Below are positions 12,912-27,700 of a stretch of DNA of 64,000 nt, one piece after another (positions within the stretch are counted from its first letter, which is position 1; each line of letters starts with the position of its first letter). Under the pieces are notes generated by a model that had not been told where the DNA came from, ran no database searches, and saw nothing but the letters and a program-made list of their open reading frames with translations. The DNA is taken from contig JAYWIR010000009.1 in assembly GCA_036172245.1 (NCBI GenBank), positions 2,852,001-2,916,000 on the forward strand, read 5' to 3'. Source of the stretch: Raillietiella orientalis. Lineage: Eukaryota. A program made the translations under genes and the position numbers.

Positions 12912-15185
12912 ATCAAACTGTCATTTCGATCATTAAGGAGCATCGGTTTGATACGATAAGGTTTCAGCTTCTCCCTCTCGTCGTCGTCCTCAAGATTGTG
13001 AAGGGCTGATCAGGGGAATAAGAAACACCCAGCGTGCAAGATGATGAATTTTTGTGGTTTTTCTTTTCTTTTTTTTTTTCCCCTTCCTCCCCCCTCCCCC
13101 CTCCACTCCCTCCTCCTCCTCTTCAAGGCATCGTGATTTAGATATTTCTGGTGAAGCTGCTCATTTTCATTTGGGTCGCAGAATGGTTTCCTGATCTTTA
13201 AACTATAACATGTTCGTGAATCATAGAGAAGATTATCGCTTCACAGTTCCTATGATTTACTCTTGATTTTCCCGTCCTCCCGTACCTCCAGGTATTTATG
13301 ATTGCATACGCTAACATTCATTCATGGGAATTCTGTGATGGTAATTTTTGACAATGCGGCCATAAATATAAAAGAACGATAACTTCCAGGGAGAAATGAT
13401 TGATATGGTTAGCAGAGGGTTTTCTTTCGCAACCAAATAACGAGTCTTTTAACGTACGGACGTTCTTCCAAGGTCCCATACGTACAGTGTCCGAGCACGT
13501 GCGAACATACTCGAAGAGCTCATCTCGTCCCACAGGATGAAGCTCGGGGACTGATTCGGGAAGGATTTTTCAACTTTGCGAATCTATGCGCGCGTTTCGT
13601 GTTGCAGCCACTTGGCCAAACACGGGCTGCATTTCACAGACCGAACACAAATGCACTTCGATTTTGCCTGGAAAAAGGAGCTTTGCGACGCCCAGGCCGC
13701 CGGTTCGCACCTCGGCAGCGCGCGGCAAGCGTTTCATCTTCCCGGAAGCAGCAGCAGCAGCACCCCCATGGGGTCAACCGATCGGTGTACTCGGCAAGTC
13801 GTACTCTCATGATGCTGCTCGGTGTGATAAACTCCGTCCGTGACGACCCGGCACGAGGTCAATCCGCTTTCACTCTTTTGCAGGAACTTTTTTCCGTTGT
13901 CTTCGCTTCTCGGTTTTGAATCCGATGAATCTTTCGCTGAGGTGGTGGAGAGGAGGGGGAGGGGGGGGGGATCTCCTCAGACTGAAGCGGAAACTGCGTC
14001 CCTTATGAAGAGTGATTGTTCCTCGCATTTATTTCATTTCTTTGCCACGGTAACACGTCGGAGGCCTCGGCTCATTTGATCCGAACCAGAACCCACTAAA
14101 AGGAAACCGTGTGTCTCCTGTTCCTTCCCCCCCCCCCTCCCCCTTCCTCTCTCCTCCAAGCGGAAGTCAGCTCGATATTCCAGCTTCTGCAAGCTATGCT
14201 GTTTGCAAGAGCACAGCGAACGTGTAAATTGGAGTGGGCGCGACGAGGAATCCCTTTGATTCGAAAATGAGATCAAACCGTGGGACCCAGCGAAAGTACT
14301 GATCAAATCTTCTCGGGCGGGTCGGGAAGGAATTGGTTTGAATCGGCACACCCCGTATTCGAAGGAGGAGCCTGCAGCAGGACCCACTGGGTCGTTCCGG
14401 GAACGGTCGTCTGAATGCAGAAAATGAAGATCGTGATGCAACAGCCTTCCGCCATTAATGAAAATCACCGTGACACCTTGGACCTAGCGTCGGTAGGTTC
14501 GACTTGCTTGAGTCAGAACCTCTGCGTTGTTAGCCCCTACTTTACGTCGGCGTGCATTCTAGCGGAAGTACATTCCATTTCCTCTTCGTTGCGAGGAATC
14601 TCCCGAAGGAAAGTCGGAATACCAATGATCCCCGCAAGTAATTGGGCACCCACTAGGAGTAGTAGGGATCCAACCTGTGAAGTTGGCCCGTCGCTGCGGT
14701 AGACCTGGATTTTTCCTGCACGATCTTGCTGCAGAGGTTGGGGGCACTTCCCTCTGGCCAGGAAAGGTTCTTCTGTGTGCGGTGCGGCCCGGCAGGAAGG
14801 GGCGGGGGGCAGCGTGAGGGGGAAAGATGGGTGTGCAAGCAGAAGCCCTTCCCCCTCTTCCGGCAGCCCCTGCGAGCGAGTTGAGCCCGGAACGCCTCGT
14901 TTCATCACTGCGTCGAACACCGAAAGTGCCGCTCGCAGCACACAGCGTGGACGTTGCAAAAGGGAAGTCGGTTCTTCCGACGGCCCCAGCAGTTGCGACA
15001 TCGGCAGACAACGGCGCGCTTTCCTTTATTCCTTCATTCATCTTTCACCTGGGTCACGTTCCGATCCTGCGTTCTGGGGGGGGGGTGTTGCAAGCCTTCT
15101 TGCAGCATCGCCGGTGCACCCGCTTGGCACGTTTGTGTCCCCATTCCGCTGGCTGCACCCACCCACGCGCCCAGCTTCGCAATGG

Positions 15186-15188
<3 letters not shown>

Positions 15189-15225
<37 letters not shown>
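15189..15225. repeat. (GCT/CTG)12 trinucleotide microsatellite
   Basis: Read directly from the sequence. Confidence 0.95.
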
Positions 15226-15227
<2 letters not shown>

Positions 15228-15728
15228 AGGCCCTCTGGCTGCAACTCTGTGCGGCTGCTTATGGAGGCGACGTTGCAGAGGGAGTCACGTGGGGCTTCCA
15301 GCTTTTTGGCAGTTCCGGCACGTTCCCTATTACACCACTTCGATCCTTCATTGCTAATGAATGTAAGCATTTTCGGTTCCGTGGGTACGTCCTGTTTGCT
15401 TTCTTCCTTTCCTGCTGAAGGATGCTGTTCCGGGCTCCCCGTTCCTTCTTCGTGTTTTGATCCGATCCTTCAGAAAAAAATTTCCTTTTTTTCTCTTCCT
15501 CCTCCTCAGTGGGTTTTTAAGATGTTTGGGTGTAAGAAGGGCTTGCTGGTTCAAGTATCCGGAATTCTTGCTGCTGATTTCACGCTTTCCCTTTCTGTCT
15601 CCCAGAATTCCGTATTTTTTTTGTGTGTGTGTGTGTGTTTTGTTTTTTCCAAGTTACCATCTTTGCTCGCCTGTCTATGGAGTCCTTCGAGGGTTTGTTT
15701 TGCTAGACAGAATTTGTATCAAGGATTT

Positions 15729-15734
<6 letters not shown>

Positions 15735-15766
<32 letters not shown>

Positions 15767-16027
15767 AGAGGGCGTTCGTGTTTCGAAACTTTTCCATTCT
15801 TCCACGCGTCCGCCGAAATGAGAATTTCCTCTTTTTGTTTGTACAGTACCATTCGTGTCCACAGTTGGCGGCATTTCCCTTGTCGTGAGTGTCGTGAGTT
15901 TTGCCTATCTTTGGTTTTTTTTTTCTTTTGCTCTTTTATCCCCCAATCCTTTTGGTTTATTTGGGCTTCCTGAACGTCACAGAAATCGGAAGATCGCGTT
16001 CGGAGGAACCAAAAATTCAAAAAAGGA

Positions 16028-16061
<34 letters not shown>
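15735..16061. repeat. (TG)n at ~15735-15761 and (AC)n at ~16031-16061
   Basis: Read directly from the sequence; two oppositely oriented dinucleotide tracts. Confidence 0.9.
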
Positions 16062-16063
<2 letters not shown>

Positions 16064-19000
16064 CAGCATCAAGAGGAAATTAATAGACCACTGCATGTTT
16101 TATTCATCTTATCTTTCTCTTCGATTTCCATGTGAACGAATGCATTCGTTTTGTGAAACTCTTCTCAGAGACCGATCGTAAGGCCGTTCTCGAAACCATG
16201 TGCAGTACCAGATGTTGACACTTATCCCGTGGTACTTGATCCCTGTGAACCCATCCAAGGTAACAGCTTATGCCATCCTTCTGCCACTTGAAATAAATGG
16301 CATATATTTATAAAACACTTTTTTTGTTGTGTTTTTGCCGCCGCACGTCTCCGTGTTTGCGATCCGCGTCTCCTGGCGACGCGCCTCTCACGTGGCGTTG
16401 CCTCCGCGAACATCTGCGCTCCCACTCCGGGCTGCTGCGCGGAGGAAGGACACACGAGAAGAAAACCTGATATTTTGAAGTTTACATTCGCACTGGTAAC
16501 CTACGCCTCAGCATCCATAAGTCCGTCATCCGCAACAGTAAAAATTCGATCCCTGTTCCCGCTGGGGACCTCTGGCGTGTTTCCGTCGAAAAATCTCTTC
16601 CGTTGCGGTTCGTCGCCGATTCCTGATGCTGCGAAAGTTTCCCGGATCCTTCCGATAGGGATTCATCATTCCAAGATTTCGTGGGTTGGATAAAAAAAAA
16701 AAAAAAAAGACACACACACGCACATTTTTTTTTTTTTCTTTTGATTGTCATGCGTTGCCGGTGACCACTTCAGAGAGAACTCTTCCTGTTTTCGTCGTCA
16801 TCGGACGACGGTTCTTTGGATTTTTCTCCCTTCTCTCGTGCATGATCCCCATCACGCGGAGAAGCCAAGAAATCTCTTTGCTCGTGATTCCCAGTGATCA
16901 GTGCGCATTACTCAGCATCCGTGTAACTGATGAGGAAAACCCGTGGGCTTACTTAACGAGGCCGGGAGAGATTCCGTCGGTGATGGACTCTGTTCCCACA
17001 TCTCGTATTTGGGGAAGGGGGGGAGGAGGGAGGGAGGGGGGGACTGATGGGCACGGGCAGCTTCCGAAATTCGGATGTTTCTTTGAGATTTGTTTTCGGC
17101 GACAAGAGAAAAGCGCACGGGAGGCATTTCTTGTTGAAGGCGCTTCTGCGTGCTGCTGGCAAATTTCGACGGAAGGTCCGTGGACGTGAAAGTGACTGCT
17201 CCTGGCGACGACGGTACGGGCGAGTCCCAATTCACAAGAATAATGGATGCTTATGCGTATTAATTGTCCTTCTCGCTGGATGCTGCTTCCGAGTGTGCTC
17301 ATCTCGTCGAAAATAATTCATTTGTCTGCACGATTCATTTGTCCGTTCGATGTTGCCAAAAAGAAAAAGAAAAAAAAAAAAAAAAGGAAAGGTAAACAAG
17401 GGTGAAAGACAGAAACACACACAAAGGTGGATCCTTTAATTTTCGTTTTCTGATTGATGCGCTGCACGCTTGAAAGTGGAAACGAAAGCGAAAGCCATCA
17501 TCAATTAACTCTCGGAATTCCCTGGAGCTGCCATGTGGCGCGCAGCGAGAAAAACGCAGCCGAGCAACGCCTGTCTGAACATTTCGTGTTCTCGAAGGTC
17601 AGTTTTCGGCCGTCTCGGTCGCGCAGAGATCTCGCCGCCGCCTCGCGGATGCTGGATGAAAACGCGCGCCGACCGCATCGGAGCGGCGGGAGCGCGCGCG
17701 CCTTTTCCCCTTCTGCCCGGAGGAATCGCGCGTTCCCTGTCACCCGCGATGGGAACGTTACCGACTTCGGGTGAGATTATAGGTTCTTCCGGAGGGGGGT
17801 GAGTAGAGCCGCGCGGGTCCCCGTCCAGGCATGCGCGCTTTTTCTTCGTGCCGCACTTTCGGCTGCCCTTTTGGCGACAGCCTCAACAGGGAAGCCTCCA
17901 GAAGATGCTGTTGTCAGGAGGCACAGCAACGCGTCCGCGGTTCGTTTGCACGCGTCGGCCTCACCGCTGGCGCTGCGAGCCATCGAGCCGTGGAAGGCTC
18001 TGGATGTTCTGGAAGCGGCCCGGGATCTATTTCAGGTCGTGGGGAAGTCATGGATCGCGGACCTAGGGGAGCTCTCGACGTTTCGCCGTGTGGTGGATCT
18101 GCACTCGGGCTGTGTGCCTTTCTTTTCCTTCTTCCCCCCCCCCCCCTTATTGTCTTCCTCCCTCCCTCCCTCTCTCTGTTTTCCATCGTGCACTCCAAAC
18201 TTCGAGGATGTGTTGTTTATCAAGTAATGGAAATTTCGATTCCTTTACAGTAATCACGTCATTGCCAAAAATTTCATCCACAAATGGCGTGGGATTTTCA
18301 TCCAAGAGACTTATTGCTTTCTGTGCAAAGTCCCGAGTATATCCTGCGGACATTTGTTTAATGTTTATCCCACTCGAAAGAGTAATGTCAGTGTCCACGG
18401 TGATAAATGATCTCGATGATTTTGGAAATAGAATAATGGGCTTCATTTGCCGCGAATCCCGCTGGCCATGATATTCTTTAGTGTCGGTTCGATTTGACGA
18501 ACGCACTTCATCCTCGATCGCGCGGCACAAATTTCTCCCAAGGCATCCGTCCGCCGCCGGGATGCCGTGCCCGGGAGGACGCGCAGGTCTGGAAGACGTC
18601 GACGGGGACGGGTTCCTGCACGATGATCTCCTCCGGATGCCAAACAAATGCTCCCGATTTCCATCCGGGGATCGGGCGCGACTCCGTTCCAAAAGTGCGC
18701 GCGATCCGTGGCTCGGTTTTGCTTGATGGATCCTGAATAGCGTGGAAGTGAAAGTCGGATGCGTACGTTCACGATCCTCCTCCTCCTCCTCTTCTCCGAG
18801 GGAGGAATCCCCCCTTCCCCGCCTCCGTTGCTGCGCGTTCGTCTCCTCCTCTTTCCCCCTTCCTCTCCCTGTTGTCCCTCCTCGCAGACCCTCGCGCCAG
18901 GTTCCCGGTCGTCCCCGACGGCCACAATTCTCGTGCGTGCGGTACGAAACGGCGTGTCGTCTCCTTCCGGACACCACCCGTGTGCCAGCGGCGTTCCCGT

Positions 19001-19373
19001 GCCCGCTCGGTGCCGAATGCGTGCCGCGGTGTGAAATGGTCACGCACGCGAGAGCCCCAATCACTGTAATCATTTCCGGAATCACTATGTGACGCGTAAG
19101 CGTTTTCCGATTCACTGCATTCGCTGGTTTCTCCCCGTGTCTCCTTTTTTCTCTGCCTGAGGTTTACCATTTCAATTTGCAAGTCCGTTAATGACCGATC
19201 TGCGGATCATTTGTTGTTGTTTTCATGATGCATACCTTTCTTCTTCTTCCTCTTTTTTTTTGGGGGGGCGCGCAGTCGTGAAGTCTGACGTCGGGATAAA
19301 ACGAGGAGGCGAAGTTTCCTCTTGTTCCGAAACTCGGAAGAAAAAAGAAAAAAAAGTGGGATTTCGGTTATTA

Positions 19374-19376
<3 letters not shown>

Positions 19377-19410
<34 letters not shown>
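19377..19410. repeat. (TC)n microsatellite
   Basis: Read directly from the sequence. Confidence 0.95.
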
Positions 19411-19414
<4 letters not shown>

Positions 19415-22400
19415 GGGTACAGAAACTGAGCTCCGGTTTTAATTAACCGCTTTTGATCTTCTGTTGTCGTGTCAGAACGGGCAGGATAAGACGGTTGTCG
19501 CAGACGCTGAAACACTCCGAGAGCGCCTATCCGAGCATTTCATTTTCCCTTTTTTATTATTTTTCCTTCTTCTCCCGCGTTCTCCGGGCTGCTTGCGTGG
19601 TTTTAACCTGAGGCCAATTAGGCGCTGCTCGCGGTCACCGTTGTCACTGTCAAGTCGCCAGTAAATTTAGGCGGCGCCGAACGCTGTGTCCGAGGTCCCC
19701 CAACTTGGGAGCGTTAATCGCTCCATTTATATAACTAGTGAGTACGAGAAACTTCCGGGCATTTTGTCCGGGATCCCCGAGGTACTTTGGTAGCCGGGCC
19801 GGTTTGTTTCCTCTTCCCCTATTTTACGGAATGCCTTAACTTCCGGTATGGAATTCGTCAGAATCGATTCAGTCTTTCGCGCGCGCGCGAGTGTGTGGAT
19901 AATGTTCACGGAATAAGAACTTTGCGCTGCAGTCAAGAATAGGGGGGGCAGCCCTACTCCTTTTTCCTTCCACCCCCCTTCCCCATTTTTTCGGGTTTTT
20001 TGAGTGGCTGCTTTTCGAGCTGTCCAAGTATAGCCAGACCGGATGAAATGGCTAACTAACCAACTCGTGGGTCTGCTGACTTTCGTGTGGGGAGGTTGCG
20101 AATTCTTGGGCAGGGTTCCCATGGAACGAACGCAAGAGTGGCGTAGTTTCGTGTTCCACGTGTCCACGTGCATGTGGTGTCCGCCGCAAGAAGAACGGGT
20201 TGGTTTCCTTTCGGTCACACTTTCGTGGAAGCAGCCTTTCCCGATTGCTACGTTAACCTCCTACTTCCGGCCAGATTGCAATCCTTGGATTGTATGTATC
20301 CCTTTCCCATCTATCCGTCTCCTGGATTTCAACTTTAAATAGCCCATTTAATGAACACGCAAACATGGCAAGAAATCAGATAGAATGCAGTCCACTGCTT
20401 GTCTCTCCGAGTTCACGTTTTCCTCAAGCCAACTGAGCCTGACATGCCAAGTCCTCTTTTTGCCACAAAAGCTGTTGCACACCAAGGTGGTCTCAGTGTG
20501 TGAAAAAGGTTAATGGACGTGCAATCAGGAGTAACAACAACACTGTTCTGATCAAATACACGAGCAGGAAGACCATAAACGTGTTCCCATTGCCTTACAT
20601 ATTGTAAATCCTTAAGTGATTGCATGGTTGTATACGAGCTTCAAGCATGTTGGAAATTTGTTCAGGGTCAGTTCTTCTACGTAATCTGGATGTAGATGTG
20701 TATAAAGTACGGAAACTGCGTGGTGTTCTTGTCGTGTTCCCTGCCCATCAGCTGGCAGCACGTGGTCGGCACCACGGCGTGTGTTTTCCCCTTTCGGTGG
20801 AAAGCACGTGCACGGTGTTTTCTGAAACTGCAGTGATGTCATCCTCGGGAGCACCCACCCGTCTTGCTGTGTGCAACTTTGGTGTCTCCGTGCAACACGT
20901 CGGGCACACACTTCTCTTCGGGATGCCGTCTCCGGCCGTTGGTCTTGGCGTTAACCCCATGATTCCTCCTTGGTTACGTAGCTCATTTCCAATCCTGTTT
21001 CGCAAACCCGGAGGATCCCTGATAAGCGTTTCCGGGAAGTTCTACGACCGAAACACACGTACGAGGCAAAATGTGAACTGCGACACGCACTCCCGCAGTT
21101 TCTTCATCCCAGCTGTCAGCAAACAGCTCATTTGCTGCAACCCGGACGTAACCGCTCATGTTTCTTCTGCATCCAAAGGTTCTTACGGTGGTCCTTCTCT
21201 TCAGGTTCCCGTGCGTCTGTAATGCCCAAGCTGAAACCGAAATTCCGATTATTCCTGGATCTAGGTTTAGTCTTTGTGAGCAGTGTTAATGATTTATGAA
21301 TCATTCGCCGAGATTTGGTATTGCATGCCCAATGTTTTCGTGAGGTTTTTGAAACCAAGAGCGCTTCCCTTCCTCCCTTCATTCTTTTGCATGCTTTGTA
21401 ATCGGTGTAAATGTGGTCTTTTTCGTATAACATTTTTTTCCTTCTTTTTTTCCTTCATTGCTCTCTAATTCCTTCAGCATCCGAGGAATAGGCCAGGAAG
21501 TTGCCAGGTGATTCTCAATCCGGGAAGCGAAGAGGGAAAATTTTGAGGGGCTCATAGGAGACGACGGGAGCAAATTATTCCGGGGGCAATCCGCGTTATG
21601 ATAAAACACGTAGTTTGGAAAAATATCCTTTCCTTTCCTGTGACACGGAGCTGATACACTAAGAGATTCTCGAGTTTTTTTTTTTTTTTATTTGGTCCAT
21701 CACGATTCGTTATCACCGGGAGAGCGAGGGGAAGAAAAAGAAGGGGGAAGAAAAAAAAAAAAAAAAGGCAAAGAAGAAGAAGATAACGAAGGCTGTTTCG
21801 GAAGATTTGTCTCGGGGAGTGTAATGAAAAAGCAGTGGCAGTCTGGCAAGACTGAAATGGAAAATTGTAGGAGACACAGCAAAAGTCCGCGGAAGAACTT
21901 CCGTTCGTCCTTACGGAAGTTGCGTGTAAATCATTTTAGTGCATTTAAGCAGGGTTGCCTCTTAACGTGTGTGTCCATTGCACAGGTGCATTCGCGTCAT
22001 CTGCTTCCCTTTTAAATCGAACTGCGTCTGTGCTTCTGGGGGAGGGGGGGGGGGACGAAAATGGATGATGAGAGGTGCGTCCAGCTTCACGTCTCCGTCG
22101 AGTGCGGATGCTGGATCCCGTGCGACCGCCAACTGGAGTATCTCATGGGCATTTCCTCCTCCGGGGGAAAGATTGCTTTATGGCTTTCTTATATGGTGGG
22201 ATAAGCAATAAATAGCGAGGAATGAATGCTGGAGATCACGCTTGATGATGAATGCAAAAATCGTTCCGATGTTCCCGGATCCAGGAAAGTCTTTCTTCAA
22301 AGTATTTTTCTCCTAATCCCGGCATTACATCGATAAATTCATTTCGGAAAGGGAAACTGTTATAGAGGAAGGGCGGGCTTGCATGAATAGAAGGAGCCTT

Positions 22401-22755
22401 CGCCCCCATCCGCGCCAGACCTCCATTGTACCGCGGCAGAGGGTGTCGGGGATCCCTCTGCTTGTTGGTTTGAAACTTGGTACATGGCAAATTGGTTCTT
22501 TGTCTGTGGGATTTCGGTACTCCCAGCGCTTCATCGATGAAAGTTGCTCAGAGAGTCAGCAATTGTACAAAATGATGGATTTTTCAAGACTGCCAAGTGC
22601 TGATTTTAAGCAGCTCACACGTTGATGGGGGAAGGGGGGGATGGATGAGAAAACTTTCCCATAAGTGTGCCCAAGAACATGCTTCCTCCTTTCCGTTCTT
22701 CTTCAACATGGGTGGAAGTTGGGCAAAAGGATTCGTAAGCATGCAGGAAATTGAG

Positions 22756-22795
<40 letters not shown>

Positions 22796-24471
22796 GTGTG
22801 TTTTGTTTCTCGGAGAAAAGGCGGCTTTGCGCTCATGAGCTGGCGGAACATCCCAATGAGCTAAAAGTTGTGTCGGCTGAGAAGGAAATGAAGAGTCTCT
22901 CTTAATTCTCTGTGTTGTCAACCTGGGCGAAGATAAGTGGTGGGGTGGATTCCCGGCGTAGCCTTCGCGTTCGAATTTGTGATGGAATTCGGGGTCGCAG
23001 AACTCCCTATTTTCCTTCGTGACGAAACACCCATTTGAGTACCTTCCACTTAAGGTGCGGAAATAGCATGCAGAAGGAATTTCAGGTTTGTTTACCTCAT
23101 CACTCTTCATGAACGTCTTTCTTTTCTGGTGATGGTACTTGGGGAAAGAATCGGAAGAGGAAATTGGGACCTTCGAAAGCATCATCGCCGTTTCGAGGTT
23201 GTGGGGCTGGGGGGAGGGGAGGGAAGGGGCTTGCTGCTGCTGCTGCTGCTGCTGCTTCTGCAAGCTTTCCCCGAAACCCCGAAGGGAGCAGTAATTTTTT
23301 TCTCTTTCGCAGAAAAACTTCCTGTTGGTCTGTTCTGAAATTTCATCTGTTTAATTGCACGTCTTGCCGTACACGCCGTTTACGAAGCAGCAGCACGTTT
23401 TGGCAGCCTCCTTCTGGCCACCATGTGCATTTCGTAGCCATTTTGTTTGCGAGCTTAATGAGATGTCAGGATGTGTTTTTTGCTTGAGACGACCGAGCCA
23501 TTGATATAACGGTGACACCTCTCAATATTTCCAAATTAAGTGGCCTGCTGGCGGTGGCAGCGACTCTGGTTTCTTATAATTCTGCCGTCGTCTTAATGGG
23601 TGCGGAGTTGCACTAACGAGTTGGATCAGTTTGCGGGCCGTTATCGTGGCGTGCATAGGGGACGATGTTTGGGAACTCTTCCTGTAAACGCCAGTTTCCG
23701 TGTCTGGTTCCTCGGCTGCGTCACGTGGGTTGAACCCTTTTCGGGAAGGATGCCTGCATTCATGGGGATTACCCCGCACAAAAACACTGCACGTACTCAA
23801 AGAAAGAAAGGAGAGGAAAAAAAAAGGAAAAGAAACTATATAAATAGGCACTTGTTGATTTTGATGGGGGAGCTGTTCTGTGACTTCAGGGATTTGAAGC
23901 CCTCCCCGTGTATCTTCGTGGTTTCCTCATGAATCCACCCTGACAGTTTTAATTGGCAAGGGATTTTCTTATCTACCTAAGAACGGTTTGGAGAGAAGCC
24001 TGTTGGCACAATTGCCAAACATTATCACGATTCCTCATCTGTGACAAAAAGATTCTTCTAATTTGAAAGCCGATGGCGAAGCCTGTGATCGGAAGAGGCA
24101 ATTAAGCGCCATTTATTCCTCAAATAAAATCCTGATTCTGGCTTTCAGCATCTTATAATTATGAATTTTAATCATGAGGCTGCTCGCGCGCTTCAATTAA
24201 CGGAAACTGATTAGCGAACGGCCGTGTGGTTTTGAAAAATTGCTGCTGCGGATGCTGGGTGCCAGTCTCTGTCATCTGAGCAAATTTTCAGCCTTGTCAA
24301 TCACACATTCATTTGAGAGTGAAGCTTCCAAGTACGAAGCGCCCCGTTGTCCTTCTCCTGCTTTTGTTTACTCTATCCATGAATTTACGCTGGATATCCA
24401 GTGTCTGAGGACAGAAATCTCAGCAGACGCCATTTTAGTTCCGGAAACAGCAAAAAAAAAGGGGGGGGGGG

Positions 24472-24720
24472 AATAATAATAATAATAATAATAATGTTGG
24501 TATCTTTAATGACACTCTGAAAGCGAAGCTTCTCGTTTCGAGTTTGTAAACCGAAACACGTTTTTCCTTTTATCCTTTATACACATATATATGTGTATTT
24601 GTTTATTTATCTATATAGATAGATGGATGGGTAGATAGATAAATGGATATAGATAGGTAGGTGGCCCTAGATGAGCAGATGTACAGACATAGATATATAG
24701 AAACGGAGAGGTAGATGGTT
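24472..24720. repeat. (AAT)8 at ~24472-24495 and degenerate (ATAG/GTAG)n low-complexity tract at ~24610-24720
   Basis: Read directly from the sequence. Confidence 0.8.
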
Positions 24721-27700
24721 GTTAGAAACAGATTTATTAGAGAGTGGTTCGAGCAGTGAAAGCCAAGTCGATGCGGTCGATTTCTATCCACAAAGAATTA
24801 ATAAGGAGTCCGTTCTGCTGATCCTTTGTCTTAGTTTGGTGATGCATCCCGGAGGCTCATTTCATTTTTCCAAGGATCACGGTTTTCGAAAGTGTGAGCA
24901 GTTAAACGGAACACCACTTGCTTGGCTCTTATGATGCTGTGGATAATTCGCGAAGTTTCTCCCTGTGGATATCCGATAGGTTGTTCTCCAGCTTTTGTTT
25001 ATGTGAAGAATTTCTGGAAAGTTTCGCTTGCTTCGGGGTTTCCTTCCTCCCGAGGATGCCTGCGTCTCTGAACCCCGTGTCCCAAGGAGACGACACCGTC
25101 TGCTCGCAGACACGTTCCTCCGACAAGGCGCAGTGTCCGTCTCCACATCAAACACTGGAATTCGATTCGGCTTCCCCCCCCCCCCCTTCCCTCCCTCAAA
25201 ATGCATTCCAGACAGCTTGCTGCAACTGCATGAAATTCCGTAATGAATCCCATGTGTGTCTGCGGCAGCAGTTTGCGTGGACCTGTGTTTACACAAAATG
25301 GAGATTTCTTGTTCTTGGACACGCAGATTCGCGTCCCCGATAGCGCGATTCCAGCAGGAGCTCCCAAGTCCTCGTGGATAGGCGTGGTGCAGGAAATGCT
25401 TCTTCCCACAGAAGTACTTTTCCCTTCCGTTACACCTCTTTTCAGCGAACTCGCTCGTACATAGTGGAATTCATCTTTTGCTGTTTTGAAAGGACATCAT
25501 TCTTGCAGTGTTAAGTGAAAAAGGGAGTCGTAAAGTAAGTTGCCAAGAAACAGTGAGCGTTTTACTGCTCAGCTTTTCAAATGAAGCGTTTGATAAGTAC
25601 GTACATTGCCGTGTTCTGAAGCGATACGATTAATCATCCGATGTGGTAGTTATGCTTTGCCACTTAGTAATACCAGTGATGGAAACCGGCGAGGCATCTT
25701 GCAACTCAGTGTAAATCGTTTTCCAGATACGTGTTGTATTTCGTGCACTCACATGTACATCGTTATTGCCATTTCTTTTTGCTATCACATGTAGATAAAC
25801 ACTCATCCGTGGTCTTTTCTTATTTTGCACGAATTTTCGGAATCACAAATCAGTGAATTCAGCACGCAGCATCAAAAACCAAAAAAAAAAACCTTATCTC
25901 CTGTGTTCCTTACGTCTCCGTTGCTCCGAAGAGGCTGTTGTAGCATTTCCTTGAGTCATTAGTGCAAACCTCTTAAGACGATCAACGTGACATCAAACCC
26001 ATTTGCTGGAGCTATTGTTTTACCGTTTTGTTTTAGTACGCATTTTAGCCGCCATTATGATTCAGTGTACAGTAACCGTTGAATCTTATCGCATGCAGGA
26101 ATTCCTCTCCTGAGATTTTCGTTTTACCTCCTTAACCTATGCTCATTACTCGGCATTACCGACTCCGAATTACAGAGATTTCACGGCCCGGCCTTCCCAA
26201 GTTCGCTGCCACGTGGACGGATCCGATGCCTCTCGACCGATCCGTGGTGGACGCCTTCCATTTTTCTATCACACGGATTTCTCTCGATTCTTCTTCTCGC
26301 AAGCGAAAGCGGCCAGTCGTTCCGGTTGTTGACCGCGTGCTTTCCCTCCTTCCGCGGCCGCGCAGCATCTTTGACCGGTTTCCATGGTGAAGTTTCGAGC
26401 CGTCTCTTATCCGTCCAGCTGCTGGGATTCCATATGCACTTCACGGTTTTCCCGATTCCGCACTTTGTTGGGAGCAAGAAGAAGAAGGAGAAGGAGAAAA
26501 AATCCTTCCGCCCAACCAGTAGTAGTCGAGATAACCCTATCTGTTTGTGTTTTCGTGTCACTTTATTGGAAACGAGGCTGGTTCCATGTAAAGAAACAGA
26601 TTCACTCCATTATTCCTGTTCGCACGACTAACTTTCGATATCCGTTTATGGAATTTGGAATGGAGCCGATAGGGAGAACTTGGAATGAAACAGTCTTGAA
26701 ATTGTTTTAAACTCCTGGACCAAAACAAAGCATCAGGGAAGAATGAACTGGAAATTTCTCCATTTCTGATAAAGTCGGGAATTGAATTTGCGTTTATTAG
26801 AGTGGCGTTCCACTTCGATGTTGCTGCTGCTGTTCCTGGGTTTCATTCGAATTGGCTCTCAGTGTACAGCGCATTACTTCCAGCACGCGTTGTACTTGCG
26901 CAAATTTTATGCGATCCTCTAATCCATCGGTCACGTCACAGGCAGGTTTTGGCCCGAGCTGCGTGGTACAGGATTGTGCAGAATTGATTCCTGGAGGTCA
27001 GCAGTGGTGGTCGCTTCACGTCTCAGCTCTGGCAACGTAGAAGGCCCTTGTTGCATCTTACCACGGATGAGTACGGGAATGCAGATTCGCGTACGGGACG
27101 GAAGAGACACGTGAATCCCAGTCTCCGAAATTCCGTATGCGGCGGTGGACTTGTCCCATGGCACGGGATTTTCAGCCGCAAGGCATTTTTAGATGCATTT
27201 ACAAGTAGCACGTGGAGTCCGTGGGTGTCGCAGACCTCAAGCGAGGCCCGAGTTTCTCTTGCGTCCAGTCGAGCAAAAAAAAAAAAAAAAAAAAAAGAAG
27301 AATGATTGCTCTTTTTGTTTTCTTGTTGATGAAACCTTTAAAAAAAATCCTGTGATAACTTGCGACCATGATGCATTACTCGGCGAGTTAGATGCCGGGT
27401 CTCGTAAGGCTCTGGTTTTGAGTTTGGAAGTAGAAGGACTCCATCATTAGAATCTCACGTTTTATTAATGGTTTAGCGCAGATAATGGTACTTTTGTTGT
27501 TGTTGTTGTTGTTGTTTTTTTTTTGTACCCGAAAGCTATTCCTCTTCCGCATTCGGAGCTGCCCGAAGCACTACGCATCCTCGTACACACACCAATTGTC
27601 AGGGTGACCTCGGTAAGAGAGTAACCGGCCTCTTCACCGAAGAAGTAACATCGGAATTTTTCGAGTTCCCGAAGGCACGATGAAGCATTTGAACTCGAGC

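Noticed and set aside
14775..15821. 348-aa ORF
   Set aside because: It is built from (GCT)n, (TG)n and T-runs, with no protein-like composition.
11580..23295. Signal-peptide look-alikes: IVWYALFLAGIVCS (~11603), IFLVKLLIFIWVA (~13142), poly-Leu from (CTG)n (15189, 23231), ALFLRAALSAALLATA (~17835)
   Set aside because: Each lacks a nearby in-frame ATG, a good phase-1 donor, or both; the poly-Leu stretches are simply microsatellites.
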